This document shows positions 32,707-39,049 of a stretch of DNA of 64,000 nucleotides, piece after piece. The stretch is from an uncultured Pseudoteredinibacter sp. (GTDB taxonomy: Bacteria; Pseudomonadota; Gammaproteobacteria; Pseudomonadales; Cellvibrionaceae): positions 140 to 64,139 of the forward strand of contig NZ_CANMYE010000014.1 in assembly GCF_947502065.1 (NCBI RefSeq). The letters are read 5' to 3'. Position 1 is the stretch's first letter. Each line of letters begins with the position of its first letter. The notes under the pieces are model-generated. The model made no database searches and had not been told where the DNA came from. It was given only the letters and a program-made list of their open reading frames with translations. A program made the translations under genes and the position numbers.

Positions 32707-34080
32707 ATGAGCACCCTGCTATCGCAATCAGGTAATGCCATTGTTAATAGATATTATTATTGGTTCTTGGGCTTACTCGCCTGGATGCCCCTACCCTTAG
32801 CCAGCAAACGTATTTGGGCGAGCATGTTGCTGTGCATTTGGGTATATGTTCTTAGCGCCTTTGTTATTCGTTTTTATATTGTTCATGCCTTGCAAGTACC
32901 TAAGCCACTTAGGGTAGCCTGGCCCGCCTTTTTACTGCTGGGGCTAAGTTTTAGCTGGCAGTTGTATTTAAGTATACAAGCCAATATTGATACCTTTTCG
33001 GCCTATTTAAGCAGCATGCTTGCGCTGGCTTATATATTAATATTCTTGCTGTGTTTTTTGCTAATCAATAGTACAGAGCGAATTAAAGCTTGTGCCTGGG
33101 TGTTGGTGCTTAGTGCGCTGTTTCAAGCCTTGTATGGCAGCTTTATGAATTTAAGCGGTATTGAGTATTTATTTTTTGTTCCGAAGGATACTTACTTTGG
33201 GGTTAATACCGGTACTTTTGTGAATCGCAATAGCCAAGCGGGTTATTTAGTGATGTGCAGCTCGATAGGTATTGGTTTGATGATATCTACCTTGGCCAGT
33301 ACGCCGGCTAAAAGTATTCGAGAGCATGGCCGGCGTTGGATGCAGGCGATTTTAAGTCGCAAAATTATTTTGCGTTTAAGCCTGGTGATGATTGTTGCTG
33401 GCCTTGTTATGACCCATTCGCGCATGGGTAATACCTCCTTTTTTGCGAGCTTGATGATTATTAGCCCGCTGGCTTTGATTCTTGGGCGTTTTAATAAGCG
33501 GGTAAAGAATAAAGGCTCATGGAAAGGTTTGTTTGTTTTACTGGCCAGCTTGGTAATTATTGATATTGCTGTGGTGGGTACTTTTTTTGGGGTAGATAAA
33601 GTTGCTCAACGTTTAGAAGCTACTGCGAGTGAAAAGGAAACTCGTGATGATGTCGTTAAAAATGCAGCCCCTTTACTTGATAAGGTTTATGTGACGGGTT
33701 TGGGGGGCGGTAGTTTTTATACGGCCTTTCCGGAATATCGTACCTATGAGACAGGGCGCTCTTTTTATAATTTAGCGCATAATGATTATCTGCAGTTTAT
33801 GTTGGAATTTGGTTTGATTGGCTTTTTGCCTTTGCTGTTGCTTTGTATGGTGGTTTTTTATTTGGGCTTGGCGACGCAGATGCGGCGTGGGGATCGATTG
33901 CTGCGAGGAATTGGTTTTGGAGTGGCCATGGCGGTTTTAGCGATGGGGATTCATGCTACGGTGGATTTTAACTTGCAGATGCCGGCGAATGCTGGGACGT
34001 TTATGGTGGTATTGGCGCTTGGGTTGATTGTTTATTATTTTCCGAATCAAGGGAAGAGGAAGCGTCGGGGATTGAGTTAG
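32707..34080 (+). CDS. O-antigen ligase-family (Wzy_C) membrane protein; possible O-oligosaccharyltransferase
   Basis: GTFVNRN, THSRMG, GLGGGSFY, LAHNDYLQF and IHATVDFNLQMPAN motifs; multiple TMs. Confidence 0.88.
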   Translation: MSTLLSQSGNAIVNRYYYWFLGLLAWMPLPLASKRIWASMLLCIWVYVLSAFVIRFYIVHALQVPKPLRVAWPAFLLLGLSFSWQLYLSIQANIDTFSAYLSSMLALAYILIFLLCFLLINSTERIKACAWVLVLSALFQALYGSFMNLSGIEYLFFVPKDTYFGVNTGTFVNRNSQAGYLVMCSSIGIGLMISTLASTPAKSIREHGRRWMQAILSRKIILRLSLVMIVAGLVMTHSRMGNTSFFASLMIISPLALILGRFNKRVKNKGSWKGLFVLLASLVIIDIAVVGTFFGVDKVAQRLEATASEKETRDDVVKNAAPLLDKVYVTGLGGGSFYTAFPEYRTYETGRSFYNLAHNDYLQFMLEFGLIGFLPLLLLCMVVFYLGLATQMRRGDRLLRGIGFGVAMAVLAMGIHATVDFNLQMPANAGTFMVVLALGLIVYYFPNQGKRKRRGLS

Positions 34081-34133
34081 GGTTTTTGGTGTTTGATGGG
34101 GTGGCTGGGGATTTTGGATCTCGGCTTCGATTT

Positions 34134-34242
34134 GGGGTCAGAACCTTTTGGGTTCTGACCCCGGGTTGGGTTTGGGCGCTATGGTTAGGGCATTTGGGAT
34201 CTCGGCTTCGAGGTGGGGTCAGAACCCTTGGGTTCTGACCCC
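34134..34242 (+). repeat. Two A-type REP palindromes (34134-34162, 34215-34242), 81 bp apart
   Basis: Both are preceded by TGGATC/GGGATC-TCGGCTTCGA; arms are GGGGTCAGAACC/GGTTCTGACCCC. Confidence 0.92.
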
Positions 34243-34250
34243 TTTTTGGT

Positions 34251-35891
34251 TTAGTTCTTTTTGCTGCGGCCGAAGGCGGTTACTGCGCAGCGGTGTGAAA
34301 GTAGATCTACGGTGCGGATGTTATAGTCGCCGCCGCTGGCTTCTAGGGTGGTTACCATTTGGTGGCTATTGGACTCTTGTTCTACTTTGTAAATTTGCTC
34401 TTGATTTAGTGGGTAGCGTACTGGATCGCCTTCGGCCATGCCTACTAGCAGATCAGCTTCGCAGCGCACTTTTGCACGGGTGATATCTGGCTCGCCCTGT
34501 AATGCGAAGCGCATGGTTAGTTCGCAAGCTTTTACTTCTTTATCGTCGGTGCGTTGGCAGGCTAGTAGTTCTTTTTCTAGGGTTAGCAGAACGGGTTGGC
34601 CTGTTGGGTTTGATTGTCTTTTTCTTGTTGTAGCGCTGCTTGGTTTTGCTTGTTCGGGCTCAGCAAGGGAAGCATTGCCAGCCAGGCGATCTTTAAAGCT
34701 TGGTGTTGTGGACGTTGGCGGCTCGGTTTTTGCGCTTTGTTTTTGCATTGGGTGGTTGCTGACGAGGTTATCTGGGTTTTCTTCTGGCCATGGGGTTTTG
34801 TTAGCGGGCTGGTTGGGCCTCGCTGCTGTTTTTGTGCTTGCTGTTATTTGGGTGCCGGTATTAGGGTCAGAACCGATTGGGTTCTGACCCTGGGTTTGGG
34901 CTTCTGCTTTTGTGTTTGCTGCGGTTTGGGTGCCGGTATTAGGGTCAGAACCGATTGGGTTCTGACCCTGGGTTTGGGCTGCTGCTTTTGTGCTTGCTGC
35001 GGTTTGGGTGCCGGCATTAGGGTCAGAACCGATTGGGTTCTGACCCTGGGTTTGGGCTGCTGCTTTTGTGGTTGCTGCGGTTTGGATGCCGGTTTTAGGG
35101 TTAGAACCGTTTAGGTTATGACCCTGGGTGTTTGTTGGCTTGGTGGCGGATTTGGGGTCGGAACCCTTGGGGTTCTGACCCCGGATTGGTTGAGGTTTTA
35201 CCTTTGTTTTTGCTAGGGCGTTTATTGTGGCCCAGTCTTTTTTTAGGAAGTGGGCAGCTACCCAACCGTGTAGGCGTTTGCCATCGTTGTTTGGATCTAT
35301 GGTGGTTATTCTGGCCCAGCCGTTATCTTTGTTATACACCATTACTGGGTGCTCAAATGGTATGGCGCTTAGGCGGATGTGTTTGGTGCTGGGGCCGCTG
35401 CGCACTTTTAGCGATTTAGTTTTCACTTGATGTGGTACGCCTTCACCTATGGGGTGAGGCTGTACTAACGCGGTGAATTCTGCAGCGTTGGTTTTTTTAT
35501 TTCTTTTTGGGCGGTTCGATACTGGGTCTACTTTAATATAGCGTGATGACATCCAGCCAGTGCGTTGTTGTTTGCCCTTGGGTAGGTTTTTATTGATAAA
35601 ACTGACTTCTGTCCACTCTCCTTGTACGCGTAAGCGAGTGACTACATGGCCTTTATTTAGCTGGCTAATGCCGGGGTAATCAGAGCCTGGGCCTTGGCGA
35701 ACTTTGACGAAGTTGGCGGTGATTACGCCGTATTCGGCCGCTTGGGATTTTGGGGTTGTTATTGGGGTGGTTAGTAGGGTGACTAGGGTTAGTGCCAGTA
35801 GGTAGAGTGGGGTCAGACCCCGTGGGGGTCTGACCCCGGTGGTGGTGTTGGTGAAGCTGTTTTTAAACTGGCCTATTTTTGCTGCTGGCAT
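34251..35891 (-). CDS. Secreted protein with two bacterial SH3 domains, a REP-derived repeat linker and an unknown C-terminal domain
   Basis: Signal-like N-terminus; VKVRQGPG..W and LKVRSGPS..NGWA SH3b motifs; (T/A)QGQNPIGSDP repeats; Cys-containing C-terminal domain. Confidence 0.8.
   Translation of the reverse strand: MPAAKIGQFKNSFTNTTTGVRPPRGLTPLYLLALTLVTLLTTPITTPKSQAAEYGVITANFVKVRQGPGSDYPGISQLNKGHVVTRLRVQGEWTEVSFINKNLPKGKQQRTGWMSSRYIKVDPVSNRPKRNKKTNAAEFTALVQPHPIGEGVPHQVKTKSLKVRSGPSTKHIRLSAIPFEHPVMVYNKDNGWARITTIDPNNDGKRLHGWVAAHFLKKDWATINALAKTKVKPQPIRGQNPKGSDPKSATKPTNTQGHNLNGSNPKTGIQTAATTKAAAQTQGQNPIGSDPNAGTQTAASTKAAAQTQGQNPIGSDPNTGTQTAANTKAEAQTQGQNPIGSDPNTGTQITASTKTAARPNQPANKTPWPEENPDNLVSNHPMQKQSAKTEPPTSTTPSFKDRLAGNASLAEPEQAKPSSATTRKRQSNPTGQPVLLTLEKELLACQRTDDKEVKACELTMRFALQGEPDITRAKVRCEADLLVGMAEGDPVRYPLNQEQIYKVEQESNSHQMVTTLEASGGDYNIRTVDLLSHRCAVTAFGRSKKN
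34863..35182 (+). repeat. Five REP-derived palindromes inside the SH3 gene (34863-34891, 34941-34969, 35019-35047, degenerate 35097-35125, 35154-35182)
   Basis: AGGGTCAGAACC-GATTG-GGTTCTGACCCT at exact 78-bp spacing, then 57 bp to the last copy. Confidence 0.93.
35809..35837. repeat. REP palindrome within the SH3 protein N-terminal signal region
   Basis: GGGGTCAGACCCC-GTG-GGGGTCTGACCCC; reads GVRPPRGLTP on the minus strand. Confidence 0.88.
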
Positions 35892-35931
35892 TTTGTTCCC
35901 TTGCCTTGTTTTGGTTTTTTGGCTTCGAGGT

Positions 35932-35960
35932 GGGGTCAGACCCTATGAGGGTCTGACCCC
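35932..35960 (+). repeat. REP palindrome, short type
   Basis: GGCTTCGAGGT-GGGGTCAGACCC-TATGA-GGGTCTGACCCC; exact reverse complement of the copy at 9963-9991. Confidence 0.92.
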
Positions 35961-35975
35961 GACTTTGCTTGCCTT

Positions 35976-37394
35976 TTATTCTTTTGTTCTGCCGTAGTCG
36001 TCTTGTAAGCGTACGATATCATCTTCGCCTAGGTATGAGCCCGATTGTACTTCAATCATTTCTAGGGGAATCATACCTGGGTTTTCAAGGCAGTGTATTA
36101 CACCGATTGGGATGTAGGTGGATTCGTTTTCGCTGAGTAGTAGTGTGTTGTCGCCGTTGGTTACCTTGGCTGTACCACTAACCACGATCCAATGCTCGGC
36201 GCGGTGGTGATGTTTTTGCAAGCTAAGTTTTGCACCTGGGTTTACGGTAATACGTTTTACTTGGTAGCGCTCGCCTGCGTCGATGGAATCGTATTTGCCC
36301 CATGGGCGATACACTTCGCGGTGCTGCACATGTTCGCTGCGGCCTTCTTTTTTTAGTGTGCTAACAATATCTTTTACTTCTTGCACTCGGCTGCGATCAG
36401 CGACTAACACAGCATCTTTGGTATCCACGATGACTAAGTCATCTACACCGATGGTGGCGATTAATTTTTCTTGAGCGATAACAAAGTTATTGTGACTGTC
36501 TTTATCTATCACGTCGCCTTGGTGAACATTGCCATCAGCATCTTTTTCTTTGATATCCCATAGGGCCGACCAGCTGCCGACATCGCTCCAACCAGCATCC
36601 AATGGTAATACTACCGCTTGATCGGTTTTTTCCATTACTGCGTAGTCGATGGAATCGTCTGGGCAGGCTTCGAAGGCTTCCTTGTTGATTCTTAAGAAGT
36701 CTAAATCGGCAGCAAGGTTTTGAGAGGCTTGCTCGCAGGCTTGGAATATATCCGGGCGATATTCTTTTAGCTCTTCTAGATAACGATCAGCGCGGAATAG
36801 GAACATACCGCTATTCCATAAGTATTCACCACTGGCTAGGTAGCTTTCTGCGGTGGCTAAATCTGGTTTTTCTACGAAGGCATCTACCTTAAAGGCATCG
36901 GCTTGGGCTTCGCCTTGGCGAATATAGCCATAACCTGTAGCGGGGCTATCGGGTACGATGCCGAAGGTGACTAGCTTGCCATCGCGGGCAATGGGTAAAG
37001 CCTGTTGTACGACGCGCTGGAACTCTTGAGTGTTTTCTATGACATGATCGGCCGCCAATACCAATAAAAGCTGGCTGCCCTCACCTTTCTGTTGAGCTCT
37101 AAAGGCTGCCAAGGCAATGGCTGGGGCGGTGTTGCGGCCAATGGGCTCTAATAAGATTTCGGCTTTGGTATCTAACTGGCGTAAGTGCTCGGCTACCAAA
37201 AAGCGGTGTTCTTCGTTGGTAATAATGGTGGTTTGGTGATCGGCCAAGCCCTCAAGGCGCTGCACGGTTTCTTGCAGCATGCTGCTGTCGCTATTGAGGT
37301 TTAGAAACTGCTTCGGATAGGCCGTGCGGGACATAGGCCACATGCGAGTACCCGAGCCACCAGCCATGATGACGATATTCAGATCTGCAGACAT
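35976..37394 (-). CDS. manC: Mannose-1-phosphate guanylyltransferase / mannose-6-phosphate isomerase
   Basis: [46 protein letters not shown] and [13 protein letters not shown] motifs. Confidence 0.95.
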   Translation of the reverse strand: MSADLNIVIMAGGSGTRMWPMSRTAYPKQFLNLNSDSSMLQETVQRLEGLADHQTTIITNEEHRFLVAEHLRQLDTKAEILLEPIGRNTAPAIALAAFRAQQKGEGSQLLLVLAADHVIENTQEFQRVVQQALPIARDGKLVTFGIVPDSPATGYGYIRQGEAQADAFKVDAFVEKPDLATAESYLASGEYLWNSGMFLFRADRYLEELKEYRPDIFQACEQASQNLAADLDFLRINKEAFEACPDDSIDYAVMEKTDQAVVLPLDAGWSDVGSWSALWDIKEKDADGNVHQGDVIDKDSHNNFVIAQEKLIATIGVDDLVIVDTKDAVLVADRSRVQEVKDIVSTLKKEGRSEHVQHREVYRPWGKYDSIDAGERYQVKRITVNPGAKLSLQKHHHRAEHWIVVSGTAKVTNGDNTLLLSENESTYIPIGVIHCLENPGMIPLEMIEVQSGSYLGEDDIVRLQDDYGRTKE

Positions 37395-37586
37395 TTTTCA
37401 ATCCTTTGTTTTATGTTGGTTATTTAATGGACTCTCGCTATTCCTTACACCCTGTTAGCGAGTTACTGCGTCCTGCATAGCACGGTAGAGGTTAGGCCTC
37501 TATTATTGCTGTTTAATTTAACATTTCGTGGGCCAAAGCCCAATGGCTGAAATTGATCAATTTTGGTGGCTAGATTTGGGGCGTAA

Positions 37587-37614
37587 GGGGTCAGATCCCG
37601 TGGGATCTGACCCC
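37587..37614 (+). repeat. REP palindrome, T-type
   Basis: GGGGTCAGATCCC-GT-GGGATCTGACCCC. Confidence 0.92.
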
Positions 37615-37712
37615 GGGTGTGGGCACGACGGTTGTGGCCTTGCTGTTTTCTATGGAGGAGCTGTGGATTCGTTTTAGTACTGGCTTTGAATTTTAGATCA
37701 CGGCTTCGACGT

Positions 37713-37740
37713 GGGGTCAGATCCCTTGGGATCTGACCCC
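37713..37740 (+). repeat. REP palindrome, T-type, 5 bp from the RAYT stop codon
   Basis: CGGCTTCGACGT-GGGGTCAGATCCC-TT-GGGATCTGACCCC. Confidence 0.93.
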
Positions 37741-37745
37741 GAGTG

Positions 37746-38327
37746 TTAGGTGGTTCGGATTGATTGGATTTGTTTGGGGTTTAACGCTTCTTGGAAGAGG
37801 TTTTGGTAGTTGGTTTGTTTTTGTTCTTTGGTATTTCCTAAAGAATCATATATGGAATGAGCTGTTGTAAGATTGTCACTTTTGCCAAATGCATTGCAGT
37901 TGTAGCTGGACCATTTGTATTGGCTAGGGTGGTTAACTAAGCCAGCTCGGACGGGGTTTAGCTCTACGTAACGATAAGCACACAACAGGTAACTATCGTG
38001 AGTAATTTGCTTTGAGCGGTAGCGGCCTTGCCAAAGTGTGCCACTGCGCTGGTATTTTTTGTTGTAGTAGTTGCTGTAGGCAATGCTTAGGGTTTGCATC
38101 ATTTTTGAGGGGGCGTTTGATTGCTCTGCTGTACAGAGTAGATGGATGTGATTACTCATGAACACCCAAACGTGGATGCTTACTTTGTAATGGCTGGACT
38201 TTGTTCTTAGTAGGCTTAGGTATTTTACGTGGTCTTGCTCGTCGTGGAAAACTTGTTGCCGATTGCAGCCGCGCTGGACGATATGGAGGGGAATGCCTGG
38301 GGTGGTTTGGCGGGGCTGTCTTGGCAT
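37746..38327 (-). mobile_element. REP-associated tyrosine transposase (RAYT, HUH/Y1 TnpA family)
   Basis: MPRQPR..PGIPLHIVQRG start, HUH motif SNHIHLL, LWQGRY, catalytic Tyr in RYVELNPVRAG, YKWSSY; flanked on both sides by palindromes. Confidence 0.92.
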
Positions 38328-38380
38328 TTTGGAGTTACCTTTGGGGGTTGGATTTGAGCTTTAGTTCTCGGCTTCGATAT

Positions 38381-38420
38381 GGGGTCAGATCCCTAGGGAT
38401 CTGACCCCGTTCTGACCCCG
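38381..38420 (+). repeat. REP palindrome, T-type, plus a duplicated right half-arm
   Basis: CTCGGCTTCGATAT-GGGGTCAGATCCC-TA-GGGATCTGACCCC, then GTTCTGACCCCG. Confidence 0.92.
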
Positions 38421-38428
38421 TTTTGGTT

Positions 38429-38575
38429 TTAGGTTTTGATTTCTGCTTTTTGTTTGGCTAGGCCATATTTTATGAAGGCGAAGTTAATGGTTTTGTAGGG
38501 GAAGATGGCTTTGCTTTTGTCTGAGCACTGAATGACGTGTAGTGGGATTATTTGGGGTCTTTGTTTGCTAGGCAT
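38429..38575 (-). pseudogene. Decayed 5' fragment of a second RAYT-like gene
   Basis: MPSKQRPQIIPLHVIQCSDKSKAIF aligns by eye with the RAYT start MPRQPRQTTPGIPLHIVQRGCNRQQVF; AAGAGAG precedes the ATG. Confidence 0.55.
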
Positions 38576-38699
38576 GGTGTTTTCTCTTTTTTTGAGGTTT
38601 GTTTTAGTTTGGTGATTTGTTTGATGGTAGGTATCAGCCAAGTGGGTGGTTTGTGATTTTGAGCTTGGGTAATTTGGTTTATGGCGTTGTGTTTTTGGT

Positions 38700-38907
38700 G
38701 GTGTTTTTGGTGTGGTTGTAGCTTTGGGATCTCGGCTTCGAGATGGGGTCAGATCCCGAGGGATCTGACCCCGGGTGTGTGGGTATTTGGGTTCTGCTTT
38801 TGTTGTTCTTTAAGGCGTTTTTTTTGGGTGGGTGTTTTTGGGGTGGTTGTAGCTTTGGGATCTTGGCTTCGATGTGGGGTCAGATCCCTTGGGATCTGAC
38901 CCCGGGT
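38700..38907 (+). repeat. Two 77-bp direct repeats (38700-38776, 38831-38907), each carrying a T-type REP (38745-38772, 38876-38903)
   Basis: GGTGTTTTTGG.GTGGTTGTAGCTTTGGGATCT.GGCTTCGA..TGGGGTCAGATCCC..GGGATCTGACCCCGGGT repeated at 131-bp offset. Confidence 0.92.
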
Positions 38908-38930
38908 TAGGCCGCGAATTTGATGGCTAT

Positions 38931-38956
38931 AAAAAAACCAGGCCGGGGCCTGGTTT
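38931..38956 (-). terminator. Rho-independent terminator of aceEF
   Basis: Minus strand reads AAACCAGGCC-CC-GGCCTGG then TTTTTTT. Confidence 0.85.
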
Positions 38957-39049
38957 GGAAGGTGTTAAAGAGAGAGAAAATCTTTAATCGCTTTGCTGTT
39001 GTTCTAGCTAGCCATTAAGACAAGCTAGAGCAACTAGCTACTTCGCTAA

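Noticed and set aside
34863-35182. Possible CRISPR array at 78-bp period
   Set aside because: The inter-repeat sequences are copies of each other and the array lies in frame within a protein.
34148-35430. Plus-strand ORFs 34148-34483, 34438-34887, 34614-35114, 35132-35419 and 35227-35430
   Set aside because: These are antisense or REP-spanning shadows. The G+T skew and tandem repeats suppress stops and explain their odd Cys/Trp/Gly composition.
38681-38899. 72-aa ORF sharing FGISASRWGQ with ORF 34148-34483
   Set aside because: The similarity is simply the translation of the REP and its flank; no evidence of a gene.
39001-39035. Small TCTAGCT/AGCTAGA inverted repeat downstream of aceF
   Set aside because: Only 7 bp, single occurrence, within chance expectation.
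38960-39049. Absence of lpdA after aceF as evidence of a deletion
   Set aside because: In many pseudomonad-like genomes lpd is encoded elsewhere, and a normal terminator follows aceF.
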